DNA of 64,000 nucleotides, from contig OZ025757.1 of assembly GCA_964019335.1 (NCBI GenBank), positions 152,547 to 216,546 of the forward strand. The letters run 5' to 3'. Positions 41,428 through 53,306 of the stretch are shown here, piece after piece; position 1 is the stretch's first letter; the number at the start of each line of letters is the position of its first letter. The position numbers and the translations under genes were made by a program. Origin of the DNA: Diplonema japonicum. Taxonomy: Eukaryota; Protista; Euglenozoa: Diplonemea. The notes beneath the pieces are model-generated. The model made no database searches. It saw nothing but the letters and a program-made list of their open reading frames with translations, and was not told the DNA's origin.

Positions 41428-43295
41428 TTAACAAGCAAACAAAGAGTGCGGTGCCACCATCGTCGCCCTCCGACGGGGCGGCGGCGCCGGAGCAGTAGTC
41501 GAAGCAAGCGGGTTGTGGTAAGGCCGCCCGAAGCTCGAGACAGGCAACGCCCCAAGCTCCACAAGACTATCACGGTAGAACACCGGTGCAGGCATTATAG
41601 AACCAGCCTCCCCCAAATCATGCTGGCTGCCTAGCAACGAGAGTACCAACGAGGAGTTGACGCTGTCTTTTCTTCCGATCGACGAAGTTTTTGCTGCAAC
41701 ACTCAACTCGACATCTGTTGGCTCCACATGGCGCACCACATGCGTCTCCAGCCTGTCACCCTGGATATTATTCCCGCAGAAAAGAAAATGCGTGAGGAAC
41801 CTCCCCTTCCTCCCCTTGTCCTTCCAAACCGCGTATTCATCAATAACGAAAATAGAACAATTTCCAAGGGATTTTGCGAGGACAACCCACACAATATATA
41901 CAGCAATCTGCCCGGCGTAGAACGCAGCCCAGTGTTCTGTGGGGCGGTCGTCGTTCATGGCTATTAAAACTAATATTATCATTCCGAGCTCCACGGCAAC
42001 AATTGCGGTTTCAATTATGTTCTCATACGGTGCGAGATAAGGCTGGTAGTACAACAGCAGCGCGAGAAAACCAGCCAGCATTGCTGCGGTTCCGAGTCCT
42101 TTCGCCCAGCATTCTGTCAGGTTTCGGGGTTCCCATGCACCGATGACCGCTAAGCCGCACATTACGCCAAGCTCTGCTGTCATGAAATACCTCGCGGTCT
42201 CCTTGTAACCATCGTAAATTAATCGGTGAAGTTCGCACCATGCTCCATCGACGAGGCCTTCACCATGCGTCCATTCCCTGCTTCCCCATAACAACCAGTA
42301 CCATGGTTTCCGTCCTTCTGACGGAATAGGAACGACAGTCGCATGATCAACGCATTTCCTTGCAGTGTGGTATGTGAAGTATGGTAGGCCACATCCAAGT
42401 GCAATCATGTCGAGGATACCAATCGCTTTGTATGGTATTCCAGGGGAGTAGACCACCGCTGCCACGCATGAGAGAACGGCCCCACCGTACAAGAATGTAA
42501 CCGGTATGAGGATCCACCCGAACCTCGCCCTTGCTGCGAGATATGTTTTGTCGTGTTTCGAGAGGCCGTCGTGGACGACCTTTACTACAGTGGCGTCTTC
42601 GGTTTTGTGTTTGAGGTCGGAAAAACCCGTTCGTTGTGTCAGCCTCCTGCCGTACAATTGATGGTACATAACAAGTGCTATCCCGCACGAGACGACCAGC
42701 AGAACCGATTGTATCACGATAGATCCCACTACGGCTCCGTTGACATCAGGGTAGTCACCATCTCCTAGTTCAAGCCCCAATGGGTTCAGCGTTCTGTCGA
42801 GTTTTGTCCGTCCTTCACTTGGGCACAACATGGCTCGGGTTACGATTGACACCCTCGCCATGCCGCCTGCTGTGGCTGCCGAGACGGGGGCTACCACGCT
42901 GGATGCTAATATCACGGTTGTGGAGGCTTTTTGAGCGGTTTCGATTTGATCTTTGTTGGGGAGGACCCTCTCTTGGGAGGTGAGGTGTACATCTGACATG
43001 CAGCCTGCTGTCAGGTTTTCCATTATACAGCCGCATGACATGACACTTTTTTCGTCATTCGTGGTATTTTTGCACACGCCTTCCTTGGAGCCTGCCGTGA
43101 GCACCTCGTGGCTTAAGGTCATCGTCACGTCTTCGCTGTTAGGTGCGTAGGCTCGGAACTCCTCGTCCTTTACCAGAATCGAGATGGTGTTGTGCGATGT
43201 GAGTTCTGCTTGTACCAGCCGGTCGTTCACCTGCGCCCTTGCTGCCAGTCCGGACGGGGAGCCAACCCGCGAGGTATGCTGAAAAAAAAAAGGGT

Positions 43296-43331
<36 letters not shown>

Positions 43332-46300
43332 CCCGTTGATACCAATGTGATGTGCGGCCCTCCTCCATAAGGGCTGGTTCCCATCTTCCTCGACCCGCCA
43401 TCCCACGTCACGAGCACCACCAGTCCGCCGGACTCCCCAACGAAAGATCCGCCGACAAGTGTGATCAGCAACTTTGCCCCGTCGTTCTGAATTTCCAGGG
43501 AGCCGAACGGGCTCACTTCGGACAAGACAAGCCTCGTTGCAGGGGGTAAGACGGGTTGTCCTGTCGGAGCAAGGGTCGGCGCCACTGTGGGTTGCGCAGT
43601 TGCGTTTGGGGCCAATGTGGTAGGTATTGACGTGTTCGGGGCCAGTGTTAAAGGTACACCTGTAGGCTGTGTTGTGGTACTTGGCTGCGCAGTCAAGCCA
43701 GGTGCCGTGGTTGGTGCCGCCGTGGGGGCTGCTGTTGGGATACTTGTAGGCTGGCTTGTCGGGACAGAGGTGGGTAGCGCCGTAGGCGTTGATGTGGGAA
43801 CTGCAGTCGGCTGCGAGGTAGGACCCGCAGTAGGCAAGGCAGGTGGAACAGCTGTCGGAGCACTGGTTGGTGTTGCGGTAGGAGACACTGTTGGGGCTGC
43901 TGTCGGATTGGCCGTAGGCTGACTTGTTGGGACAGAGGTGGGTAGTGCTGTAGTAGCCGACGTGGGAACAGCAGTCGGCGCCAGAGTTGGCACTGCGGTA
44001 GGTATTGCAGTGGGCAAGGCAGTTGGAATAGCTGTCTGAGGTATTGCAGTGGGGACAGCTGTGATGGGTGCCACGGTCGGCACGGCAGTTGGAACCACTG
44101 TGGGAGTTGCCGTTGGAGCAGATGTGGGGGTGCTTGTAGGAACTGCAGTCGGTCCTGCTGCTGGGTTCATAGTAGGAACCAAAGACGGCACTGCAGTTGG
44201 AATAGCGGTGGGCTCAGCAGTGATAGGTGCCATGGTTGGCACGGACGTAGGAGCTGCTGTTGGATTGGCTGTAACTGGATTGGCAGTGGGGACAGCTGTT
44301 GGAGTGCTCGTCGGGGCTGCTGTAAGAATTGTCGGAGCTACGGCTGGCACTGCGGTAGGCGTGGCAGTTGGAACACTAGTAGGTATTGCAGTGGGCTGAG
44401 CTGTGGCAGGCACGGACTTTGGGCTCATCGTGTCCGGTGCCGATGTCGGTATTGCAGTGTCAGGTGCAGTAGTGTCAGGGAATGGTGTGTCAGGTGCCGA
44501 TGTTGGGACTGCAGTGTCAGGTGCGGTTGTGTCAGGGAATGGCGTGTCGGGTGCCAATGTTGGGACTGCGGTGTTGGGTGCGGTAGTGTCAGGGAATGGT
44601 GTGTCAGGTGCCGCTGTTGGGATTGCAGTGCTGGGTGCTGTTGTATCAGGGAATGGTGTGTCAGGTGCCGATGTTGGGACTGCGGTGTCAGGTGCTATTG
44701 TGTCAGGGAATGGCGTGCTAGGTGTTGATGGGTTTGCAGTGTCAGGTGCCGTTGTGTCGGGGAATGGTGTGTCAGGTGCCGATGTTGGGATTGCAGTGTC
44801 AGGTGCTGTTGTGTCAGGGAATGGTGTGTCTGGTGCTAATGTTGGGACCGCAGTGTTGGGTGCGGTAGTGTCAGGGAATGGCGTGTCAGGCGCCGATGTT
44901 GGAATTGCAGTGCTGGGTGCTGTTGTGTCGGGGAATGGCGTGTCAGGTGCTAATGTCGGGATTGCTGTGTCAGGTGCTGTTGTGTCAGGTGCGGTAGTGT
45001 CAGGGAATGGTGTGCTAGGTGCAGATGGGTTTGCAGTGTCAGGTGCTGTTGTGTCAGGTGCCGATGTATCAGGGAACGGTGTGTCTGGTGCCAATGTTGG
45101 GACAGCGGTGTTGGGTGCTGTTGTGTCAGGGAATGGCGTGTCAGGTACCGCTGTTGGGATTGCAGTGCTGGGTGCTGTTGTATCAGGGAATGGTGTGACA
45201 GGTGCCAATGTTGGGACTGCGGTGTCAGGTGCTGTTGTGTCAGGGAATGGTGTGCTAGGTGTTGATGGGTTTGCAGTGACAGGTGCCGTTGTGTCGGGGA
45301 ATGGTGTGTTTGGTGCCGTTGTTGGGATTGCAGTGTCAGGTGCGGTTGTGTCAGGGAATGGTGTGTTTGGTGCCGATGTTGGGACCGCAGTGTTAGGTGC
45401 GGTTGTGTCGGGGAATGGTGTGTCAGGTGCCGCTGTAGGGATTGCAGTGTCAGGTGCTGTTGTGTCAGGGAATGGTGTGTCAGGTGCCAATGTTGGGATT
45501 GCAGTGTTGGGTGCCGTTGTTGGGACCGCAGTGTCTGGTGCCGTTGTGTCAGGGAATGGTGTGTCAGGTGCCGTTGTTGGGACCGCAGTGTTAGGTGCTG
45601 TTGTGTCGGGGAATGGTGTAACAGGTGCCAATGTTGGGACCGCAGTGTTGGGTGCTGTTGTGTCAGGGAATGGTGTGACAGGTGCCAATGTTGGGACTGC
45701 GGTGTCAGGTGCTGTTGTGTCAGGGAATGGTGTGTCGGGTGCCAATGTCGGGACAGCGGTGTTAGGTGCCATTGTGTCGGGGAATGGTGTGTCAGGTGCC
45801 GCTGTTGGGACCGCAGTGTTAGGTGCCATTGTGTCGGGGAATGGTGTGTCAGGTGCCGCTGTTGGGACCGCAGTGTTAGGTGCTGTTGTGTCGGGGAATG
45901 GTGTAACAGGTGCCAATGTTGGGACCGCAGTGTTAGGTGCTGTTGTGTCGGGGAATGGTGTAACAGGTGCCAATGTTGGGACCGCAGTGTTAGGTGCCAT
46001 TGTGTCGGGGAATGGTGTGTCAGGTGCCGCTGTTGGGGCCGCAGTGTCTGGTGCCGTTGTGTCAGGGAATGGTGTGTCTGGTGCCAATGTTGGGACCGCA
46101 GTGTTGGGTGCCGTTGTGTCAGGGAATGGTGTAACAGGTGCCGCTGTTGGGACCGCAGTGTTGGGTGCGGTTGTGTCAGGGAATGGTGTGTCAGGTGCCA
46201 ATGTTGGGGCCGCAGTGTTAGGTGCTGTTGTGTCGGGGAATGGTGTAACAGGTGCCGATGTTGGGACCGCAGTGTCTGGTGCCGTTGTGTCAGGGAATGG

Positions 46301-47878
46301 TGTGTCAGGTGCCAATGTTGGGACCGCAGTGTTGGGTGCGGTTGTGTCGGGGAATGGTGTGACAGGTGCCGATGTTGGGACTGCAGTGTCAGGTGCGGTT
46401 GTGTCAGGGAATGGCGTGTCTGGTGCCGATGTTGGGATTGCAGTGTCAGGTGCTGTTGTGTCGGGGAATGGTGTGTCAGGTGCCAATGTTGGGACCGCAG
46501 TGTTAGGTGCCGTTGTGTCGGGGAATGGTGTGACAGGTGCCGTTGTTGGGACCGCAGTGTCAGGTGCCGTTGTGTCAGGGAATGGCGTGTCTGGTGCCAA
46601 TGTTGGGACCGCAGTGTTGGGTGCCGTTGTGTCAGGGAATGGCGTGTCTGGTGCCGATGTTGGGATTGCAGTGTCAGGTGCGGTTGTGTCAGGGAATGGC
46701 GTGTCAGGTGCCAATGTTGGGACCGCAGTGTTGGGTGCCGTTGTGTCGGGGAATGGTGTGACAGGTGCCGTTGTTGGGACCGCAGTGTCAGGTGCCGTTG
46801 TGTCAGGGAATGGTGTGTCAGGTGCCAATGTTGGGATTGCAGTGTCAGGTGCCGTTGTGTCAGGGAATGGCGTGTCTGGTGCCGATGTTGGGATTGCAGT
46901 GGGCTCCGCAGTGGGAAGCACATCGACGTAGTACCCGATGTTGTCCCCGTCAGCGAAAAACACTCTCAGCGGCGGGCCCGCATCAACCTTTATCCCAGGC
47001 TTGCCCGTGCCCCCCGTGGTGATGGTCTTGATGTTGGTGCCTGTGAGGTCAGAGACGAAAATGAAATCGTCATAGTTGACGTAAATACTACTCCCGAACT
47101 TAACTATGCCAATGTAAGGAGAGGAGGCAGGGTTGTTCGTGAGAGTAAACTCCGAGTCTAGAACAAGAGTACTGGTGAAGGTGTAGTGGCTCACGGTACC
47201 CGTGCTGAGCATGACGTAGACACCACCTGTCCCGTCGAGGGTGAGCCCCACGGCGGAGCTGGACGAGAGAGGAAGGTTTTTGTAGGGAGTGTTGCTGATG
47301 GGCTGCGCGACGGGGTTCGAGATGTCAAAGGCGAAGATGGCATCGCTTGTTGCTACCCAGAGGCGCTTCGTGGCACCATCTGCTTGGAGGCAGCACACAG
47401 TGTCGATGTTGTACTGGTCCTCGAATTGAAGTACGCTGGCACCGTTGGATCGTAGAGTGAAGAGGTGGCCAGAATTGCACCACAGGTACGCTCGGTCACC
47501 CGCAGCTGTTACATCATGGCAAGTCCCACCATAGGGGAGATCAACGGCTACCACAACTGGCGGTGCGGGTAGTGACATATCTAACACGTACGCCTTGCCA
47601 CTCCCACCGACTGCGAAGACGTACGCGGCGGGTCCTGGTGCTTTGTCAATGTCGTTGATGACATGCATTACGTCTTTAGCTTGATAGGAGGTGAGCCCGT
47701 TGGTCGGTGTGCCCACGTCGGGTGGGGAGGCTTTCTTAACTTTGTAAACGCCTTGCGCCGCGCTGGTCCCGAAAACCTCATCTCCTGAGAAAATGAAGTT
47801 CGCCGTGTTTGGTGCGGTCTGCACACCTCCCAGCTGGTAGGCCGCCAGCATTGCTGCACCCCATACCACCGCCGCCAT
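41428..47878 (-). CDS. Two-exon ~2128 aa surface protein (join 47878..43343, 43278..41428): signal peptide, propeller-like head, mucin stalk, multi-TM C-terminal domain (bodonin/DGF-1-like architecture)
   Basis: Start MAAVVWGAAMLAA at 47878. The track ORFs 43139-47947 and 41428-43401 join in frame across a GT-AG intron (HITL|HTSRVG). The C-terminal part has seven or more hydrophobic helices and LNPLGL..GAVVG..ARFGW motifs. Confidence 0.8.
43279..43342 (-). other. 64-nt spliceosomal GT-AG intron, phase 0
   Basis: Sense sequence GTATCAACGGG-A(n)-CCACCC-T(10)-CAG. Removing it restores a single reading frame. Confidence 0.85.
44430..46900 (-). repeat. Coding minisatellite, 57-nt unit (19 aa PDTPFPDTTAP(D/N)TA(V/I)PT(L/S/A/T)A), about 40 copies
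   Basis: GGAATGG recurs with a 57-nt period (e.g. 45781 and 45838). A looser TAVP/TAIP region follows to ~43560. Confidence 0.95.
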
Positions 47879-48148
47879 GCCCCCGCCCTGATGTGTGTGT
47901 GGTGTGTTTGTAAAAAACTTCGGTGGATGAGCCATCCACTCCCCCACAGCAACTTCGACACAAAAAATATTATGGCAACCACCTCGAAGAAAGTTCGAAC
48001 TGGACGGAACGGAGGTGAGGACAGGCGAAGGGGAAAAGGAAGGTGCTCGATTTTTTGGAAAAGAAAAAAAATAAAAAAAAGAACAGGGAGAGAGGCAAAC
48101 CCGGGAATTCTAAAATTTTTAGTATTTTTAGAAACCTGTCTGACAATC

Positions 48149-48180
<32 letters not shown>

Positions 48181-48281
48181 AGAATAAAAGAAGGAGAAAA
48201 AAAAAAGATGGAAGAGGAGGACGGGGAGAAGAAGAAAAAAAAAAGAATGAAATCGCAGGAAGGGAGCAACAACAAATAATA

Positions 48282-48342
<61 letters not shown>

Positions 48343-49982
48343 CAGTACTAACTTAAGGGGAGTAGGGGGAGTGTTGGTTTAGACCCTTGTTATATAAGGA
48401 GGGGGTATGGGCCCGACTAGGTAGCTCTCAGCTCTCAGCTCCACTAGCGCCCATGATCCTCTTTTTTTTTTTTATTTGTATTTTCTTACAATTTCTCATC
48501 TCACATTGGAAGTCATCAGCTGAAGACAGAAGTTTGTTGTTTACCATAACCGTTAACCTCCTCCCCAAAAAGAAATTACTTATTCACTCGGAAAAAAAAA
48601 AAAGAAAGAAAAAAACCGGGGGGATCTTTCCAGCTGCTTAAAAACTCAGGTCTTAACCTATTTTTTTCTTGCACCCACAAAAAGACCTTAACCCCACAGG
48701 GAGGGGAGGGAGAGGGGGGGGGGGGTAAAACTTTACTTCAAGAAAAAAAAAAAGAAAAGAAAAAAAAAAAAAAAAAAGAAAAAAAAAAGCCACAGCAGTC
48801 ATCAAGAGTATCAGGAAATTATGAGCTTTCCCTGGGGGAGGGGGGAGTTGAACAGGCAAGCAGCGTCAATAAAAAAAATAAAACACCTCCCACCCCCACT
48901 GTAAAAAAGAAGGCTATCCCCAGGCTTTAGATTCGCACTATCTGATTAAGCCTGGAACACAAAAAAGAAAAAGAAAAATAGGGCGGGGGGGGTTTTCAAA
49001 AAGAAAAACTGTTACAACGGTAGGAAGTGTTTTTACCGACCTCACCAGAGAAAGGCAGATAGTGAAGCAACATTTTAAAATATCATTTGCAAAGTTCTCC
49101 TGTTCTCTCTCCCCCCCCCCCCCCCCCCCCTCACCCCAATTGCTCTAAAAAAGAAATGGGAGTGAGATCGGAAAACGTATAGAAAAGTTTTTTTTTTTTC
49201 TTTCTCGACTTTTGTTCACTAAAGTGAAGGAAGGAAGGAGATAAAAGTGACTGCGAAAAAAAAAAGAAGAAAAAAAACTCGATTTATTATTATTATTATT
49301 ATTTTTTGGACGCACTGCGATTGTGCAATGTTAAAAGCCTGGGGGAATGGCAGTACTCTATTTTTGGAGTTTTGTAGCCACAAGAATAAGGGGTGCTCTC
49401 GTTGTGGCCATGCATCTGTCCCCTTCTCAGTCATCACTTCCTCAACGCACCCAGTTAGTTTTTTTTTTTTTCATGCAAAGAAAATCTATAAAGAAACAGA
49501 AAGGGGCCCCCCCTTTTACTTATTGATTGGTGAAATCGAGTTCAGGTGGGTTGCATTCTTTGTTTATCCCCCCCCCCCCCCCCCCCTCCCTGAGAAACAG
49601 AGCCCCCTGGTAGGCTTAGGTCATTTGGGGAGGGGAGGGTCAACAATAAATTACATGTTTACGTAAAATAGACGGGCGTTATGTGGACAGTCTGGTAAAA
49701 AAAAAAAAAGAATTCGATAAAATTTCAGTGTGCAGCGGGGGGGGGAGGGGGAGGGGGGGGACCAGGTTTCTTTTTTTTGTTTTCCTAAAACTTACAAGGG
49801 GGAGGAGTGAGGGAGTTTATTTTCTTTTTTTTTTGGTTATCACAAGGGTTCTTTTGTTGCTATCGTTGTTTAGGTTTTTTTTTTTTTTGATTCTATTTGG
49901 AGGGGGGGAAATATGGGGAAGGGAATGAAAAAAAAAAACACCCAATTTTTTCTTTCCCCCCCCCCCCCCCCCTTTTATTCTT

Positions 49983-51569
49983 TCAAGTATCCTTCGGCAC
50001 AAGCGTCAACTGAGGTGCGGGGTCAATTGTCACAGAAAAGCGTAGCTGGTCGGGATCGTGCCTGGCATCCACGACAAAACACTTCGCAGGTTCCCCGTTG
50101 AGCGAGGGCGGCGCCCTAGACTCAATCTTGAAATACTTATGCCCGTTCTTATGCAGGTACCTCTTCACAGGCATCTGGCTCTCCACTAAATCAGCAAAGA
50201 ACTCACACAACGTGGGCAAGGTCTCCTCAAGTTCCAACCCACGAAAATCAGGCACTATAATAGCATTGGTTTCCGTGTAACCAACACAGCAATCCACGGA
50301 ATTATCAACGATCAGGGTGTTGTCCAAGTCCCGACCTAGTAATGAAAGATCTTTTCGAGGGTGTGCAAGGCCTTTGCCCTCGAACCACTTTTCATGCCGG
50401 TATACACACTCTGACACAAATTGCAATTCGGGGTCGATGTTCGACAAAATCGCTGCAGAGTAGTCTTTGGTACTTGCCGTCCACACGACAACATTGCACC
50501 CTAGCCGTCGCAGGCAACGCAGAAGCTCTTGAGACCCCGGGCGGAGACAAAGGTGAGACCCATTGCCCCTAGTGTAAATCAGCGTTTCATCCAGATCAAG
50601 AACTATCGTGTAGAGCCTCGTCCCATCGGAATTCGTCGCAGAAATTGGTTCCAAGAGGTTTTGGTTGCCGGTGATGGTTTTCCTACGCCATGCGTTGAAC
50701 GACTCGAGATTGCCGTTTTCCTCAATCTCGCGGACATCTTTCCCGGATAGTTCCTGCCACCACGATGCACGTCTGAGTTCCTGAGCTTTCCGAATCTCCG
50801 CTTCTTTCTTCCCATCTAACTTGCACAAAGCATATTTTTTCACAGCTGTACGCATTCCGATTTTCACTCCGTAAGATAAAGATTCGACATGCGAATCTTT
50901 GAGTAGCGATAGCAGTCTTGAAGCAGCTGATTGTTTCTCCTCGTCCGTTGATTCGATTTGACTGTTTTCGTCAGACACAACAGGGTACACCTTACCCCGT
51001 CTGATTAACAACGGTGCGGAGTGGTACCATCTAAGTAAGAGGATGATGACCTCCGGGCGAAGGCGTTTTTTCACGGTGACGTCTGTGCCGAAGGCGAGAT
51101 CCTCCAGTTTTTTCTCCTCCAAAACAATTTCGGATTTTGGTGTGGTGTTAGATCGGATTGCGTTGGCCGTTAGGCTGACCTGCATGATGGAAATGAACAG
51201 AGAGCTGAGAGGGATTTCAACAGGGCCTATACAACGTAAGCAGTCCGTGATTTCCGGTGTCATGAAGGAGCCGATGAGCAGGCCGATGTTCAACGAGGTG
51301 TCTGATCTGAAGATGGGATACGCGTACTTCTTGTAGCGCGAGCCCACTAGCTGGTACTGACCGGATTTTGGGTCGGGGTTTTTCCCCGGTGCTTGAAACT
51401 CGTCCTCTGGGGTGTCGTCCTGTGATGGCTGCTTGGCTTGCTCGGCGGGGGTGCTCTCTGTGCTATCTTGCTTGTCGATGCTGCTTGATTTCTTCACCGG
51501 CCGTGTCGTGTTTGTTTTTTGCCTCTTACCCGTCACCGTGGCTGCTTCCTCTGAGCAGCATTGTCCCAT
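49983..51569 (-). CDS. FCP/SCP-type (NIF domain, HAD superfamily) DxDxT phosphatase with N-terminal MGQCC acylation motif, 528 aa
   Basis: Motifs IVLDLDETLIYT, LRPG, VVWTAS..DY and KDLSLLGRDLDNTLIVDNS. Confidence 0.92.
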   Translation of the reverse strand: MGQCCSEEAATVTGKRQKTNTTRPVKKSSSIDKQDSTESTPAEQAKQPSQDDTPEDEFQAPGKNPDPKSGQYQLVGSRYKKYAYPIFRSDTSLNIGLLIGSFMTPEITDCLRCIGPVEIPLSSLFISIMQVSLTANAIRSNTTPKSEIVLEEKKLEDLAFGTDVTVKKRLRPEVIILLLRWYHSAPLLIRRGKVYPVVSDENSQIESTDEEKQSAASRLLSLLKDSHVESLSYGVKIGMRTAVKKYALCKLDGKKEAEIRKAQELRRASWWQELSGKDVREIEENGNLESFNAWRRKTITGNQNLLEPISATNSDGTRLYTIVLDLDETLIYTRGNGSHLCLRPGSQELLRCLRRLGCNVVVWTASTKDYSAAILSNIDPELQFVSECVYRHEKWFEGKGLAHPRKDLSLLGRDLDNTLIVDNSVDCCVGYTETNAIIVPDFRGLELEETLPTLCEFFADLVESQMPVKRYLHKNGHKYFKIESRAPPSLNGEPAKCFVVDARHDPDQLRFSVTIDPAPQLTLVPKDT

Positions 51570-51681
51570 TTTTTTTTTTTTTTTTTTTCCTTTTTTTTTT
51601 TTTGATTTTGTTTCGGGGGATAAAAACGGTGGGAGAAAAAAAAAAAAAAAAATGTATGTGGCATAGTGTGTGTGTGTGTGT

Positions 51682-51717
<36 letters not shown>

Positions 51718-53198
51718 ACTGATGGATCTTAACGGAAAGAGAGAAAAAAAAAAAATGTGTGCCCACCCCACCCCACCCCAGTCCCTTTTTTCCCTCGCCA
51801 AATTCTGCACTCTCTTCGGAAACAAATCAAAGCACCCTCTTTGCAACCAATAAGACAACTGATGAGGGTAGCGATAACAACGGAGTATTCCCGACAAATG
51901 GGCTCTACCCCCCCCCCCCCCCCCCCAATGAAGAAGAAAAGAAGAAGGAAAAAAAAGAGTCATAACTTAACTTTTGTTTACCCGATTTCATTTTTGTTTT
52001 TTGTTTTGTCGTGCAAGAATAGAAAAGAATTTTCGGAAAACGTTAAAAATAAGTTACGGCTCATGGAAAGAAAAAAAAGAGAAGAGAAAAAAAAAAGCAG
52101 GACAAACCCCCTTCTGGAGGGCCGTCCTTTAAAAAAAAAAAAAAAAAAAAAAAAAGAAAGAAAATAATAGAAATTGCTTATGAACTCAACGCAAAAAGCC
52201 ACCGTAAATTAAGGGTACTCAAAACCTTTGAATTAAGGGGTGTGATTGGGAGGATTAAAAAGAAAAAAAAAAAAAAAAAAAAAAATACATGAAGGTGCCA
52301 AGAAGGCAATTTTTCTTCTTCCCCAAGAGAAGTCGAGCCAGATTTGTTCAAGAGATGGTGGTTCCCTTACTAGGGGAGAGAACTCTATTGATGCACTCCC
52401 CTTAATTTATTAAAAACGTTTTTCTTTCTTTTTTTTTGGGGGGGGAATGGCTTGCTCCTCTTTTACTCACTTCTCATTCTCGTGCCTCAACAAAAAAATA
52501 TATGAGTTAAAGGAGGCCGGTGTTGGCGGCGCCCCAAAAAAAAGGAAGATAAACTGAAAAAATGATTAAAAAAAAAGGTGGGAAAAAAAAAAAAAAATAC
52601 ATAAAAGCGTTTTGCGTCCGGGAAAAAAAGAAAGGAGGAGAAGAAAAAAAAAAAAAAAAAAAAAAAAAACGTTTTTTTTCTTTTTTTTTTTTTTTTTTCT
52701 TTTTTCTTTTTTTTCCTCTCCTTCCTGCGAACGAGCTCAGGTTTCAATAGTTTGGGAATGCAGTATTTGGGTTTGTACTTGGATTTCTATATTTGGCCCC
52801 CTTCGTGTGCAAAGTTACTTCAGAGAGTCGGGTTTGTGATGTAGCTTTGGGAACTACTGCCAACACACAGATAATGACTTCACCATCATCTTTTTTTTTT
52901 TGAAAATAGCGGGCCGAATTTAATCTGGGCCAGTACAATTATGGGGGCTTTTTTTTTTTTTTTTTCTCGGCACAATGACATGCCAAATCCCGTGGAAGAA
53001 AAAAGAAAAAAAAGAAAGAAGAAGAAGAAATAAAAAAAAAAAAAAGAAAAAGGAGGAAAGAGAGGAGTTGAAACGGAATTTCTTTTTGATTTTTTTTTTT
53101 TTTTTTTTTTTTTTAGTCAAGGTGCCAGTGCTCAAATAAAGTGTACCATGAGAGGTACTTTGGAGAGAGGTGCTCGTAGCCACATTTCTAGGAAGAGT

Positions 53199-53239
<41 letters not shown>

Positions 53240-53306
53240 GTGTGTTTGCGGTCGCCTCTCAGGGTGACAGTAGAAGAAAGTAGAAGGGGAAGAACATAAA
53301 ATTTAA

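Noticed and set aside
43279-43342. Programmed frameshift or assembly error between the two large ORFs
   Set aside because: A canonical GT..polypyrimidine-CAG intron restores the frame exactly and is the simpler explanation.
44430-46900. CRISPR-like or DGR-like regular repeat
   Set aside because: There are no unique spacers, the repeat is an in-frame coding minisatellite, and the context is eukaryotic. The RT in the window is a LINE RT, and I saw no template/variable repeat pair with adenine-specific differences.
44403-46931. 842 aa Gly/Val/Ala/Ser plus-strand ORF and 657 aa His/Gln-rich alternative-frame ORF (44950-46923)
   Set aside because: Both are shadows of the 57-nt repeat: a unit lacking stops in those frames stays open when amplified. 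Both are confined to the repeat.
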